A DNA stretch of 64,000 nt, taken from positions 191,580,001-191,644,000 of the forward strand of contig OZ024743.1 of the NCBI GenBank assembly GCA_964016885.1, read 5' to 3'. A program made the translations under genes and the position numbers. Position 1 is the first letter of the stretch. Each line of letters begins with the position of its first letter. The notes beneath the pieces were generated by a model, which did no database searches, was not told the DNA's origin, and saw nothing but the letters and a program-made list of their open reading frames with translations. This document shows positions 25,381 through 39,735 of this stretch, piece after piece. Origin of the DNA: Eledone cirrhosa. Taxonomy: Eukaryota.

Positions 25381-28300
25381 TGTGTGTAGGGGTGTTAGTG
25401 GGATGAGTGAGTGTGGAGCGGGGAGAGAAGGGTGTGTGTGGTTCTATGGAGGGAGTGTGGTGTACTGGTGTGTGTGTAGTTTGGTGAAGAGGTGTTAGTG
25501 GGTGTTAGTATACGGAAGGTGGGGAGGGGTGGAATGCAGGTGTGAGTGGGGGTTAGTGGTGGTAGGGTGTGTAGAGTTGGTGGTGTACGAGGGTGTGTGG
25601 GTACGTGTGCGTGGGGTTGGGGGGTGTTAGTGATGTTAGTTGCGTGTGGGGTGGGTGGTGGAAGTGGGTGCGTGTGTGCGTGTGATAAGGAGGGGAGGAG
25701 GAGAAGAGGGGAGGGTAGGGATGTTAGTATGTTAGTTGGGGAAGGGTGGTCAGATGAGGGGTGGAGTGGAGGTGTTAGTATTGTTAGTGTGGGGTGGGCG
25801 GTGAAAAGGAGGGGTGTCTTAGTGGTGTTAGTGGGGGATAAGTGTGGGGGGAGGGGGCGGTCGAACGCTAAAGGAATAAGGGTGGGGAGTTCAGGCCGGG
25901 GGGAGTGTGGGTCTGTAAGATGAAGATAGTGCGTTGTTCGACCGGAAGGCGATGGGCAGGTGTTCCGTGGCACTGGAGTAGGCCACAGACTGTGAGATGG
26001 CGTGCGGAGTGTCCAGGGCCACCAAAGTGGCGGGCAATGGGGGAACTGCCCCCGAGACGAAGATCCCGGAGGTGCTCCGTGACTCGGTCCGCCAGGCGAC
26101 GTCCCGTCTGTCCGACATAAGTCGCGCTGCACTCCGTGCAACGAAGTCCGTAGACTAGGTTGGAGGAGGTGCAGCGGAAGGCATGCCGGACCGAGAGAGA
26201 GTGGCCGTTGGGACCCTGGAAGGTGGTGGTGTTGGTGATGTGGGGACAGGTGTTGCAGCGGGGCCTAGAACAGGGGAAGGAACCGGGGGGAACCGGAGCG
26301 TGGGTTGGGGGGTAGGGAGCTGTGGACGAGGAGGGTGCGGAGATTGCGTGCGCGTTTGAAGGAGGGGAGTGGTGGGGTTGGGAAGATGTGGGAGGTGGAG
26401 GGGTCGGACTGGAGGCGTCGGAAGAGGCGGCGGATGGTGCGGTGGATGGGTAAGGTGGAGGGGTGGTAGGTGATGGGGAAGGGGAGACGGTGGATGGGTG
26501 TGCGGTGGCGTGGGGTGAGGGTGGTGGAGCGGGGGATAGCACGGGCGCGGGTGAGAGCGGTGTAGACGAGAGAGGGGGGTAACCTCTGCGGATGAAATGG
26601 CTGACTAGGGAAAGGGCCTGGGACTCGAAGTCAGCATCACGGCTACAGAGGCGGCGGATCCTGAGAAGTTGGGAGTAGGGAATGGAGTGTTAAGTGTGGG
26701 TGGGGTGGGAAGAGTTGAAGCCGAGGTAAGAGTGGGAGTCGGTGGGTTTGAAGAAGGCGGAGGTGACGAGGGAGTGGTGGGAGGGGTCGAAGGCGACGGA
26801 GATGTCTAAGAAGTGGACGTAGGTGGTGGAGATAGAGGTGGTGAAGTGGAGGGAGGGGTGGAAGGAGCAGAAGAAGGAGAGAAAGGAGTCGAGCTGTTCT
26901 CGGGTGAGGGTCGTGGCTCCGATACAGTCGTCAACGTAACGACCGTACAGTTCGGGCGTGGGGCCGGTGTACTGGGCAAAGATTTGGGCCTCAACATGGC
27001 CAACAAAAAGGTTGGCATAGTTCGGGCCCATTCTTGTGCCCATGGCTACCCCCGTGACCTGTTGGTAAAACTCATCCGAGAAGGAGAAACAATTTAGGGT
27101 GAGGACCAGCTCGGCGAGGCGAAGGAGGGTGGGGGTGGAGGGAATGGGGGAAGGGCGAAGGTCGAGGTAGTGTTTGAGGGCGCGAAGGCCGTCGGCGTGG
27201 GGGATGACTGTATAGAGGTACTTGATGTCTAGGGTTAAGAGGAATGGCTGAAGGCCGGGTAGGTAGGTGAAGGAGTCGAAAAGGCACAGGGCGTGGTTGG
27301 TGTCGGAGATGTGGGAGGGGAGGGTGGTGACAAGGGGTCCGAGGAGGGAGTCGAGAAAGGCGGAGATGAGTTCGGTGGGGCAGTTGCAAGCGGAGACGAT
27401 GGGGCGGCCGGAGTTGTCGGGTTTGTGGAGTTTGGGGAGGTAGTAGATGGTGGGGGTGCGGGGGTGCGAACGATGAGGTGGGAAGCGGTGGGGGTGAGGA
27501 GGGAGGAGGCGATAAGGTCTTTGATGTGGAGGAGACTTGTTGTTGGTAGAGGGGGGTGGGATCGGAGGGTAGAGGGCGGTAAAAGAGGGGGTTACAGAGC
27601 TGCCTGAGGGCTTCGGCCGTGTAGAGGTCCGCGCGCCATACCACCACGGCGCCTCCCTTGTCCGCCGGTTTGATGACGATGTCATCTCGGCTACGGAGGG
27701 AGTGGAGAACGAGGAGTTCGCCCCGTGAGATATTGTGCCCTTTGGAACGGTGGCGGAAGTCGAAACGATTTACTGCGCTACGGCTGTCATCGACGAAGTC
27801 GTCCAGGGTGCTAAATTGCCCTGGGACCGGCGTCCAAGAAGATGGTCGTCGGCCCAGGGCGAGAAACGTTCCTGGGGCGTCCGGAGCCGGTGGCGTTCGG
27901 CTGAAATGTGCCTGTAGCTTAGTGCGTCGCACGAATCGCTCGACTTCCGTTCGGGTGCGGAACTCGTCGCTGAGCGGAGTGTGGGGTATGAAGCGAAGGC
28001 CTCTACTAAGGAGTGAGCGCTCAGGTGCGGAGAGGGGTAGGTCAGGGGGTATGGTGACAACAAGGGGTGGGTTTGGGTGTTTGGGGAGGGAAGGGAGGGT
28101 GTGGTGAGGGGTTAGGTGTAGGGTGGAGATTGGGTAGGGGTGTGGGTCGGGGTAGAGGTGGAGAGTGATGGGCGTAAGGGGATAGGCGGGTGGTGGTGGA
28201 TGGGGGGGGGGGGTTTAGTGTAGCTTGCGGGCTTTGGTGGAGCTGAGGAACGAGAAGAGGTTGTGGTTGAGGTTGTGGATGAAGGAGAGGATGGCTTGGG

Positions 28301-29085
28301 CGAGGAGGGGATGGCAGGTGGAGTAAAGGCGGAGGAGGGTGGGGGTCAGTTGGTGGTCAAGTAGGCGGAGGGTGGAACGGGAGGCGCGGATGGAGTTGCG
28401 CATCAGAAGGCGTGAGGATCGGGTGAGATACGTTGCGTGGAGGGGGAAGCAGCGGGGGAGGGGTGGAAGTGTAGACGGAAGCCGAGGGGGATAAGGTGGA
28501 GGCGGAGGCAGTGGCTGAGGAAATGGATGTGGCTGGAGTGCCGGGTTTTGGCGAAGAGAAGGTAGGAGAGTTGAAGGGCGGAGGGGAGATAGCAGGGTGG
28601 AAGGAGGGGGTGAGGAAAAGTTTGAGGCGATTGTGGAGTTAGTGGAGAAAGGATCTCAGGTTGGGCATGATGGGCGTTGGGTGAAAGCAGGGGGAGGGAT
28701 GAGAGGGCAGGGGTGTGAAGCGGGGTGGAGTGAACGAAGGGGTGAGTGCGAAGGATAGGCAGAGACGGGGAAGGGAAAAAGAAACAGAAAAACGTAGGGA
28801 GGGGGAGTAAACACCGGAAAATTAAAGACAAAAAATCATAAAGGTAATAACACAGGGGATCGTGAACAAAAAATCATAGAAATACAATTGTAAGAACACA
28901 GGCAAAGAATCTTATACGGAAAAAAAAGGGTACGGTAACAAAATCAAACAGAGGTAATGCGTGGAAGGAAAGACAAAGTGTGGGAAGGTGTGTAAAGTTC
29001 GGAGAAAGTTCACGGCGGATTAGATCGGGGTTGAGCCGGTTGTTAAGTTAAGTTCCAAGGATGGAAGCCGTGTGAGCGTGTGTTA
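24378..29085 (-). mobile_element. Neptune-like Penelope element, near full-length, frameshifted
   Basis: IKPADKGGAVV, LPKLHKP, GVAMGTRMGP, RYVDD, linker CSRPRCNTC, LVYGLRC..C..YVGQTGR; ORF pieces span ~25868-28700. Confidence 0.92.
24468..24503 (-). ncRNA. Minimal hammerhead motif in pLTR
   Basis: CTGAAGA-a-GGGC gtat GCCC-GAAACGTC; stem I weak. Confidence 0.65.
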
Positions 29086-29087
29086 TA

Positions 29088-30050
29088 TATAATGAAAAAT
29101 TGAACAGGGACAGAACAGAGAGGCAGTACAATAAATGTTTATTAAATTCACGCTCAGGAGAGTGGGGCTAGGTGGGGGACGACGTTTCGGGCATAAGTCC
29201 TTCTTCAGGTGAGAAGTGTGTGGGAACAGAGTTCAAAAGGTGTGTAGGGGAGTGGTGGAGAGAGATATAGCGAAAGGAAACGGTGCGAATGAAAAATTAA
29301 TAAATAAAGACAAAAAATATAATAAATAAAAATAAAGCATGATCAAAATAGAAGGAATGAGAAAATTTAAAAATAAAGGCATGATCAAAATAAACTGAAA
29401 TTAAAAGGGGGGTAAACAGGTGGTGGAAGGTTGTGGGGTGAGTAGGGGTGGTGGCGGGTGGAGTGGGGAAAGGGAGACGGGGTGTCCGAGCGGGGAGGGC
29501 TGAAGGTGGTGTGTGTGGTTAGGTGTGCGTGTGTGTGTGTGTGTGTGTATGTGAAAGTGAGGGTTGGGGGAAGAACGGGGTTGCATGTTCAGGAAGGTGT
29601 GTGTGGGGGGTGTTTTTGTGGGTCGGAGTGTCTGTGCGTGTGTGGATAGGGGTGGGGGGAGAGGAATCAGGAGGCTGAGGGTGTAAATATGTGGTGGGAA
29701 GCACGTGTGTGTGGTTTAAGCGTGATGTGGGTGTGGGTGGCGTGTGGATAAAAAATGTTTTTGGGATGTGTGTGTGGGTGAGTTATATAGGTGATGGTGT
29801 AAGAGGATGGTTGAAAAGTTGGTAAGTTCCACGGATGTTTGGAGATTTGGTTAGAAGTCAATTTCGCGTGTGGGTAATCCAAGAAGCGGTGGTCGGAAGA
29901 GGAGAGATGTGGGGTGCGCGCGCAACAGGAAGGTGTCAGCAGTGGGAGTGCTGTGGTCAGTTGGTGCTGAGAGGTGGTCGGAAGGGCATAGCAGCAGTCG
30001 GTGGAATGGTGGGGAGGCGAGGATGGGTAGGTGTGAGAGTTGGAGTGAGG

Positions 30051-30081
<31 letters not shown>

Positions 30082-31632
30082 ATTAGTAGGGGTGTTAGTG
30101 GGATGAGTGAGTGTGGAGCGGGGAGAGAAGGGTGTGTGTGGTTCTATGGAGGGAGTGTGGTGTACTGGTGTGTGTGTAGTTTGGTGAAGAGGTGTTAGTG
30201 GGTGTTAGTATACGGGAGGTGGGGAGGGGTGGAATGCAGGTGTGAGTGGGGGTTAGTGGTGGTAGGGTGTGTAGAGTTGGCGGTGTACGAGGGTGTGTGG
30301 GTACGTGTGCGTGGGGTTGGGGGTGTTAGTGATGTTAGTTGCGTGTGGGGTGGGTGGTGTAAGTGGGTGCGTGTGTGCGTGTGATAAGGAGGGGGAGGAG
30401 GAGAAGAGGGGAGGGAACGGATGTTAGTATGTTAGTTGGGGAAGGGTGGTCAGATGAGGGGTGGAGTGGAGGTGTTAGTATTGTTAGTGTGGGGTGGGCG
30501 GTGAAAAGGAGGGTTGTGTTAGTGGTGTTAGTGGGGGATAAGTGTGGGGGGAGGGGGGCGGTCGAACGCTAAAGGAATAAGGGTGGGGAGTTCAGGCCGG
30601 GGGTAGTGTGGGTCTGTAAGATGAAGATAGTGCGTTGTTCGACCGTAAGGCGATGGGCGGGTGTTCCGTGGCACTGGAGTAGGCCACAGACTGGCGATGG
30701 GGGAACTGCCCCCGAGACGAAGATCCCGGAGGTGCTCCGTGACTCGGTCCGCCAGGCGACGTCCCGTCTGTCCGACATAAGTCGCGCTGCACTCCGTGCA
30801 ACGAAGTCCGTAGACTAGGTTGGAGGAGGTGCAGCGGAAGGCATGCCGGACCGAGAGAGAGTGGCCGTTGGGACCCTGGAAGGTGGTGGTGTTGGTGATG
30901 TGGGGACAGGTGTTGCAGCGGGGCCTAGAACAGGGGAAGGAACCGGGGGGGAACCGGAGCGTGGGTTGGGGGGTTGGGATGTGTGGACGAGGAGGGTGCG
31001 GAGATTGCGTGCGCGTTTGAAGGAGGGGAGTGGTGGGGTTGGGAAGATGTGGGAGGTGGAGGGGTCGGACTGGAGGCCTCGGAAGAGGCGGCGGATGGTG
31101 CGGTGGAGGGGTAAGGCGGAGGGGTGGTAGGTGATGGGGAAGGGGAGACGGTGGGTGGGTGGGCGGTGGCGTGGGGTGAGGGTGGTGGAGCGGGGGATAG
31201 CACGGGCGCGGGTGAGAGCGGTGTAGACGAGAGAGGGGGGGTAACCTCTGCGGATGAAATGGCTGACTAGGGAAAGGGCCTGGGACTCGATGTCAGCATC
31301 ACGGCTACAGAGGCGGCGGATCCTGAGAAGTTGGGAGTAGGGAATGGAGAGTTTAGTGTGGGTGGGGTGGAAGAGGTGATGTCGAGGTAAGAGTGGGAGT
31401 CGGTGGGTTTGAAGAAGGCGGAGGTGACGAGGGAGTGGTGGGAGGGGTCGAAGGCGATGGAGATGTCTAAGAAGTGGACGTGGGTGGTGGAGATAGAGGT
31501 GGTGAAGTGGAGGGAGGGGTGGAAGGAGCAGAAGAAGGAGAGAAAGGAGTCGAGCTGTACTCGGGTGAGGGTCGTGGCTCCGATACAGTCGTCAATGTAA
31601 CGACCGTACAGTTCGGGCGTGGGGCCGGTGTA
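29088..31632 (-). mobile_element. Upstream partial-tandem, 5'-truncated copy of the same Neptune-like PLE
   Basis: Highly similar to 24378-26970 with a small deletion near 30693; HHR motif at 29178-29213. Confidence 0.92.
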
Positions 31633-31745
31633 CAAATATATATATATATAAATATATATATAAATATATAAATATATATATATAACATATATATATATAT
31701 AAATATATATATAAATATATATATAAATATATATATAAATATATA

Positions 31746-31870
<125 letters not shown>

Positions 31871-31905
31871 AACCAAAGAAGCCTTCAATACATCAAAAGT
31901 CTTTA

Positions 31906-31948
31906 TTAGCCAACAATTTTTCGTCCTACTAAGGACTCATCAGGGCAA
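31906..31948 (-). ncRNA. Type I hammerhead ribozyme
   Basis: gcc-CTGATGA-GTCC ttagta GGAC-GAAA-aattg-TT-ggc. Confidence 0.8.
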
Positions 31949-32457
31949 GTAAAGCTACAAGAAGCACTATCGGCCAATACAAGCCAAAATCTTAGAAGAA
32001 TATGGAGTATACATCTACTAAAGCTTAGGAAAGATATCAAGGAAAAGTTGGCTAAGATTAAGAGTGAGCAGTTACAAACATAGATATAGACCAAATAGCA
32101 AGGAAGTGATTAACATATTGAACCCACATTGCAAATATTGTATAATGCAAAAACTTGAAACACAAATGGTAATATAATGCGAGAATTACAGTACGATATA
32201 GAATAGAATATAATATAATAGATGGTGATAATAAAAAGCTTAATATATGTATATATATATCTTTTCCGACGGAATTACTTCATTCATACATATATATCTA
32301 TACATATACACATTAGTACAAAAACAAACTAACACTTATTAAGTATTTAAATATATATATATATATATTGTTTACAGTATAATATAAAAAAGATAAAAAT
32401 AAAAATAAAATATAATATATAATTCCCTGTCAGTGTGCATAAACAATATAGAAACAT

Positions 32458-32609
32458 TATAATTGTTTCTACTTTAGGCACAAGGCCAGCAATTATCCAG
32501 TGCATTACTGGTACTTTATTTTATCGACCCCGTGAGGATGAAAGGCAAAGTCAACCTAAGCGGGATTTGAACTCAGATCGTAAAGGGACGTAACTATGCT
32601 GGAAAGCAT
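32458..32609 (-). mobile_element. SINE, 5'-truncated
   Basis: Reverse complement of the 37004-37192 family. Confidence 0.85.
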
Positions 32610-33530
32610 ATATAGAAACAATATAGAAACATTATAATAACATTATAATAACAATATTATAATATATTGGCATCAAAAGATATACAAAATTACATCATAC
32701 ATATAATTCAACGTTAACAAATAGTATAAAGTTTTACACAGGGTAAGAAAAAAATCATATAGAACTAAATTGTGTTGAAAAAATTGTGTTGAAAAAATAT
32801 CTATACCATTGTAATAAATACACGGAGGTCAAGTCATTTTACATTGCCATAAATATTACCAAAATATCACAAAATATTACAAAATATAACAGAACAGTAC
32901 CTCAAATAACAGACATATATTAAAATCTATAATACGATTACATAAAAATGATATGATATATCAACGTTAATATCAAATAGCAAACAGAGTGTAAGGAAAT
33001 GCTTAATATATATATTTACGTGGTTGACATACACAGACATATATTAATGAAATTACATGATCAGACAGACAGCGTGTGGTAGTAAAAAAATAAATAAAAT
33101 AAACCGAAGATCGAAAAACAAAAACAAGTATATTTACTTAGGTGTCACAAGCGGTTAAGTAAAAGAAAAAAGATAGAAATGTAACCCGGAGAGTTAACTA
33201 GAAAACCTTTTTAAATTAATTAATATTAAACGTATTTAAAATACATATTTAGTCACTTCAGAATTGGCTAGTGTTTAAGTCATCAAAATCGTATAAGTTT
33301 AAGATATCTCAATAAAATTATCAAGAATAGAGTAAAATATGCTCCGTTCAGTCGAATAACGTTATCAAATAAAAGGACTCTAAATAGAACTATGGTAGAC
33401 CAATGGGAACAGAAAGAAGAGAGGTTATGGATGATAGGAAGGAGCATAAAAGTAAAAACAATATATTATATAATATCATAAAAAGGAGTTTTGGGCTTGT
33501 ATTAGCCGATAGTGCTTCTTGTAGCTTTAC

Positions 33531-33573
33531 TTGCCCTGATGAATCCTTAATAGGACGAAACATTGTTGGCTAA
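33531..33573 (+). ncRNA. Type I hammerhead ribozyme
   Basis: gcc-CTGATGA-atcc ttaata ggac-GAAA-cattg-TT-ggc. Confidence 0.78.
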
Positions 33574-33745
33574 TAAAGACGTTTGATGTATTGAAGGCTT
33601 CTTTGGTTTATTTTTTATAATTCTTTGGCTCTGTTTAATTACATTGAGCTATATCTTATACTGTCATTTCTATAATATGAAGAGGGTGTTTAACTCCAAC
33701 ACACTCTAGTATGTTAATTTTTATATATATATAAATATATATATA

Positions 33746-34117
33746 TTATAAATTAGAAATTATAAGCTTTCACCATATTTTTAGACTAAAGAAATTTCTA
33801 GCCTGATAGTGCGGTTTATAACCCTCGGAGAAATGGAAAAAGATGAGTGTTGCCGTACATGGGAGTCGAACCCACATCTTTGGTTATCCAGACCAATGTG
33901 CTACCATTACACCAATACACATCCCATCTCCTTCCATTCGAATTAGAAGCTATGAACTTAGCAAGTGAATGATAAACAGGCAAATTATAAACGTAAACAT
34001 GTAAGTATGTTTTTGAAACGGTGCACGAGTTTGAAATTAGAAATTAGAAATTATAAGCTTTCACCGTATTTTTAGACTATCCCTACTATCAGGCTAGAAA
34101 TTTCTTTAGTCTAAAAT
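33746..34117 (-). mobile_element. ~370-bp tRNA-module element, copy 2
   Basis: Same sequence and architecture as 17431-17796. Confidence 0.82.
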
Positions 34118-34126
34118 ATAATATAT

Positions 34127-34206
<80 letters not shown>

Positions 34207-34207
<1 letters not shown>

Positions 34208-34472
34208 CTTTATAACTTTGAGATGTTTTGGCCAGTATTGGCCCAGGCCATGTCTAACTTAATAGCACCACCTGGCGAAGTCTTTCAATTCAGGATTTGG
34301 GCACCATGGCCCATTCGAGAAGAGAATTACTGTTTGCGGAGACATATCCGGGTGTGGGTGGTTTGTCCGGGATTACTTGGAGGAATTTGTCCAAAGACTT
34401 CTTGAATTTTGTGTGGTCAGTTTCTGTTTTGACGTGTCCTGGTGTGATGTTGAAGAGAGTAGGGCCGATTGA
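34207..34472 (-). mobile_element. CR1-like LINE 3'-end fragment
   Basis: Minus-strand translation [53 protein letters not shown] resembles CR1-group ORF2 C-termini. Confidence 0.6.
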
Positions 34473-34634
34473 TATATATATATATAAATATATATATATA
34501 ATATATATATATATAAATAAATATATAAATATATATAAATATATATATATAAATATATATATATATAAATAAATATATATATAAATAAATATATATATAT
34601 ATATATAAATAAATATATATATATATATAAATAT

Positions 34635-34852
34635 ATACTATTTCCTGTCAGCATGGCTTGGCAAGATATTTAGAACGCTGGTTTGAGACCTTTATTTCCC
34701 TCTGAAGAAGAGATATTATCTCGAAAATTAAGGATATTTAAATAAATCTAAGGTAAAAGACGAATTGTCAACAATATCTTTTGCAATTGCATTTTTTTTT
34801 CTATGTCCATACCTGCATTGTTTTGGCTTTATTATACATATTCAAACGTTTA
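34635..34852 (+). mobile_element. Solo pLTR related to the 41279-44476 PLE, with canonical HHR core at 34697-34734
   Basis: Homologous to 44258-44476; cct-CTGAAGA-a-GAGATA t TATCTC-GAAAATTA-agg. Confidence 0.8.
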
Positions 34853-34929
34853 TATATATAAATATATATATATGTATATATAAATATATATAAATATGTA
34901 TAAATAAATATATATATATATATAAATTA

Positions 34930-35570
34930 TTTAACAAATAATGAATAAACAAAGAAACAGTTCCTTATATTAAACAAAAAATGTTCATTATTTTACGATC
35001 GTTTCTAGGACATATATGTGTTAGAATTGGTATGCATATTCTATAGATCTATGTACAATATTTATACAAACTATCAGAGGGAATATACATACCTTCACAT
35101 ATATATGCTGTCTTCAGAAATAATGATATTTGTTTATTGATAAGAACAAAGATTCAATACAATAGGTCTGTTTGGGAACAGGTTTTGAATAGACAAATGA
35201 AATAGAGATTGAAATATATAAAAATATATCAAGAAATATAGTTAGGTGTGTGTATATGTATGTAAATACGCTCACAGATGTGCATATATGTGTATGCACA
35301 TATGTATACATATAGTGAAAAAGTGTGTGTAAATCTAAAATTTAGGGCAAATGTATCTGTATGTCTGTAATCTACAGACAGAATAGATACATCATAAGTA
35401 TATGAATATGAAGGCGCGCGCATAAACACGCCTACACACACGTACACTTAGATGCGGAAGTAAAAGAGGTAAGAGAGTGTAATAATTAAAGAAAAGTATC
35501 AATCTCGATATATTTATAAAAATGTAACAATAAATTAGAAAGAAAACAACTTTTGGTAGATTTATCTACA
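34930..35570 (-). mobile_element. PLE pLTR remnant with long-stem-II hammerhead (34985-35126)
   Basis: Homologous to 44860-45061; tcattattt-CTGAAGA-(long hairpin)-GAAACGATCGTA-aaataatga; ttggtagatttatctaca at 35553 is the inverted form of the tail at 44719. Confidence 0.8.
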
Positions 35571-35694
35571 TATATATATATATATAAATAAATATATATA
35601 TAAATAAATATATATATATATATATAAATAAATATATGTATATATATATAAATATATATATATGTATATATAAATATATATATATATATATATT

Positions 35695-35915
35695 TTTCAT
35701 TCATATATAATTTCATTTGTTTGACCCGAATTTTCTTGATCATATTTTTGGCTGTGCGAATGATTGTTTAAGCATCGTCTCAGTGTGTTGGTATTAAACG
35801 TTAGTTATAGCCCTGGTTTATCTGAACCATTGAGCACTTTGACGCACATTTCGAAGAGTGTTTTTCGTTATTTCGTGGGCCGAAGTTCCGATTCTCGATA
35901 ATTTTATTTGTTTTT
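35695..35915 (-). repeat. Diverged solo copy of the 23129 terminal repeat
   Basis: Reverse complement shares cgagaatcg, gaaataacgaaaaac, aacacactgaga, ttcgggtcaaac. Confidence 0.7.
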
Positions 35916-35935
35916 ATTTTTATTTGTATTTATAA

Positions 35936-36136
<201 letters not shown>

Positions 36137-36192
36137 AATATTTATATATGTATATATATATATATTTATATATATATATATATAAATATATA

Positions 36193-36224
<32 letters not shown>

Positions 36225-36374
36225 AATATGTAAATATATATATATATAAATATATATATATATAATTATATATATAAATATATAAATATATATATATAAA
36301 TATATATATATATAAATATTTAAATATATATATATAAATATATTTATATATATAAATATATATGTAAATATATA

Positions 36375-36449
<75 letters not shown>

Positions 36450-36471
36450 TATATATATAATTATATATATA

Positions 36472-36919
36472 TAATTGCAATTGCCCTGATAAGACTACCT
36501 GCCCTCTCAACAACAACTGTCTAAAAAAAGATCTCGTCTATATATGCGATGTACTCTCAGGCCCCGATGAAAAAAGAAACACGTACATCGGGATGATTTC
36601 TAACAGTTTTAAGACTCGCTGGTACGCCCACACACATTCGTACCGGCGCCCAGACAAATCTAACCAAACTACACTCGCCGCCCACATCTGGCACCTTAAA
36701 AGGAACTCCATCCCCTTCAAGACCCAATGGAGACTACTCCAGAGAGCGCGATCCTACACGGGAGGCCATAATTGCTGTGACCTCTGTATCTCCGAGAGCT
36801 ATGAGATTCTATTCGCCAAAGGCCCTCTCCTCAACAAGATCTCGGAACACTCCCCTAATTGCATGCACAAGAACTATGCAAGTTACAAAAACTACAGACC
36901 CACCCGGCCCCCCGACTGA
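36472..36919 (+). pseudogene. Naiad-like PLE GIY-YIG endonuclease fragment (5'-truncated in (TA)n)
   Basis: [42 protein letters not shown]. Confidence 0.88.
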
Positions 36920-37003
36920 CCCCCCCCCCCCCACCATATCAACACCCCACCTCGTCCCCCATCCCACTTCCGTCCCTCCATCTCTCATTATTACCTTCTT
37001 TCC

Positions 37004-37192
37004 GGGCGGTGGATTGGCAGTATCGGTAGAGGGTCGGACGCCATGCTTTCCAGCATAGTTACGTCCCTTTACGATCTGAGTTCAAATCCCGCCGAGGTTG
37101 ACTTTGCCTTTCATCCTTACGGGGTCGATAAAATAAAGTACCAGTAATGCACTGGGTAATTGCTGGCCTTGTGCCTAAAGTAGAAACAATTA
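37004..37192 (+). mobile_element. Full-length tRNA-derived SINE (Nin/Deu-like core)
   Basis: ggcggtggattggcagtatcggtag (A-box), gagttcaaatcc (B-box), gcctttcatccttacggggtcgataaaataaagtaccag core, (att)n tail. Confidence 0.88.
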
Positions 37193-37427
37193 TTACCTTC
37201 TTTCCTCCCCTCTATCTCTCATTATTACCTTCTTTCCTCCCCTCTATCTCTCATTATTACCTTCTTTCCTCCCCTCCAGGTCTTATATATTGTGTTGTAT
37301 GCCTCTGAGTAAAGTTCCGTGGCCGCACACACAAATTCACGTATATACCTGCTCATGTTTGCATACGTGCAGTTATGAACTGCTGCACGCACACGTTCGA
37401 GACTTATTTATCTATTTATTTGTATAT

Positions 37428-37458
<31 letters not shown>

Positions 37459-37873
37459 GTTACTTTATTTATTTATTTATTTATGTATTTATTTATTTAC
37501 TTGTTTATTTGTTTATCTGTTTGTTTGTTTGTTAGTTAACTCATTCATTTATTTATTAATTAATGAGTGAATGATTAGGTAATGAATAGATAAAAGATAA
37601 AAGATAGGTAACGAATAGTGAATGGTAAATAGTAAATAATAAATATTAATTAATTACTTGATGATAATATTAACTTAGTAGTGATATTAATTATTTTAAT
37701 CCTCTATCAGGCCCAGTTTAAAATTTGTCCCACTACCTTTTCCCATTATATTATAGGCACATGTATGTGTGCGAACGAGTGCGTGTTTGTGCATATGTGT
37801 TTATGTGTACTTATTTGTATGTATGTATGTGTATGTATGCGTGTGTGCTTGTATATGTGTATGTGTATATATA

Positions 37874-37922
<49 letters not shown>

Positions 37923-38232
37923 GTGTGAGTATATATATGTATGTGTGTGTATGTGTGTATGTGTGTATATGTATATATGTATATATGTATATATGTGTGT
38001 ATGTATGTGTTTGTGTGTGTGTGTATCTATGTGTATGTATGTATGTGCATATGTATGTATATATATGTATAGTATAGTTTATACCGAGAGACATACATAC
38101 ATGTATGTGTGTATATATATATGTGTGTGTATGTGTGGATATATATATATGTGTGTGTATGTGTATGCGTGTGTGTGTGTATATTTGTGTGTTTGTGTTT
38201 TTTCTTGTGTATATATATATATATATATATAT

Positions 38233-38822
38233 AGAAAAATACTGCAGGTAGCACATGGATAACATGTAATAAAATGAGTCCCTCATCAGTGATTTGCCGA
38301 CGATCATAGATATTTCATTGCATTAAAAATCATATACCTCACGTCGGTGCAATAATAACCAAAATAAGTTATTAGGACAATTGAAACGCGTAAAGCGAGT
38401 GAGACAGGAGAACAACAAAGAGTATAGCTAACCATAGGGGAAAGAAACAAGCTTCAAAATTATTCTGTTTAGCATAAGCTAGGTGAATATATGAGCGCTT
38501 TAGAAAAAAGACCTGACACGAACGATGGCCATGTGAGAAGAGAGAAAAATATAGCTTTCGTCGTGTACAGGATGAAGCGAAGAGAAGAGAAACAGTGAGT
38601 GAGTGAAAGTGTGAGGAAGAGCTAACTGACATGACAGAGGGGGCGAAAGAAAGTAGGAGAAACAGAGAGAATGGGGGAACAGTAAGAGAGAGAGAAAAAC
38701 ACAGAATCGCAGTTTGGGTAAATATATGTAATAAATATAGAGAAAAATACTGCAAGTAGCACATGGATAACATGTAATAAAATGAGTCCCTCATCAGTGA
38801 TTTGCCGACGATCATAGATATT
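38233..38822 (-). mobile_element. Non-coding element with 82-bp direct repeats (508-bp period) in (TA)n
   Basis: 38233-38314 matches 38741-38822; CTGATGA on the minus strand of each repeat. Confidence 0.65.
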
Positions 38823-38871
<49 letters not shown>

Positions 38872-39380
38872 AGTGTGTATAGGTATGCATATATATATGT
38901 GTGTGTTAGTGTTTATGTATATGGTTATGAGTATGTAATATATTTTATTCTTTCCATTCTACAAAAACACTCTGGCCACCTGTGGCTTGTATGTTAACTT
39001 GACCACTCACCTCAGTCTGTGCCATGATTCGGTCTTGTTTATCTTCTATTACCAACCCACCTAAAAAAATTTCCCTACTATATATCTGTTGAATTACTAT
39101 TCTTGAGATTTTTATTTTTTTTATTTTTTTTTTTTATTTATTTATTCATTTATCTGTTTATTCATTTATTTATTTATTTATTTACTTATTTATTTATTTA
39201 TTTATTTCAAAAAAGCACTCAGTCTAATAGACCACTCCCCAAAGAAAAAACGGCCTGTGCCATGTTGTGGTCCTGTGTATCTAAATACCATCCTGCCCCA
39301 AAATACCCCCCCCCCCCCAGCCACCACCCCTCCCTTACCACTACCTAAATGTATAAATACCAGAACTTAATATGACACCC

Positions 39381-39431
39381 AGCTTCCTGAAGATTTCATC
39401 TGAATGAAACAGTACTAGTCCTGTAGAAGCT
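39381..39431 (+). ncRNA. Type I hammerhead ribozyme at the 3' end of a PLE-like remnant (~38940-39450)
   Basis: agcttc-CTGAAGA-tTTCAtcTGAAt-GAA-ACAG tactagtc CTGT-A-gaagct; AATAAA then (TA)n follow. Confidence 0.82.
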
Positions 39432-39446
39432 CCTTCTATACAATAA

Positions 39447-39478
<32 letters not shown>

Positions 39479-39495
39479 TATATATAAATATATAA

Positions 39496-39529
<34 letters not shown>

Positions 39530-39614
39530 ATATATATAAATATATATATAAATATATATATATATATAAATATATATATAAATATATAAATATATATATA
39601 AATATATATATATA

Positions 39615-39735
<121 letters not shown>

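Noticed and set aside
25395-28831. Pro/Ser/Thr-rich and antisense ORFs over the Neptune element
   Set aside because: Alternative frames of a C-rich, frameshifted RT gene and its UTR
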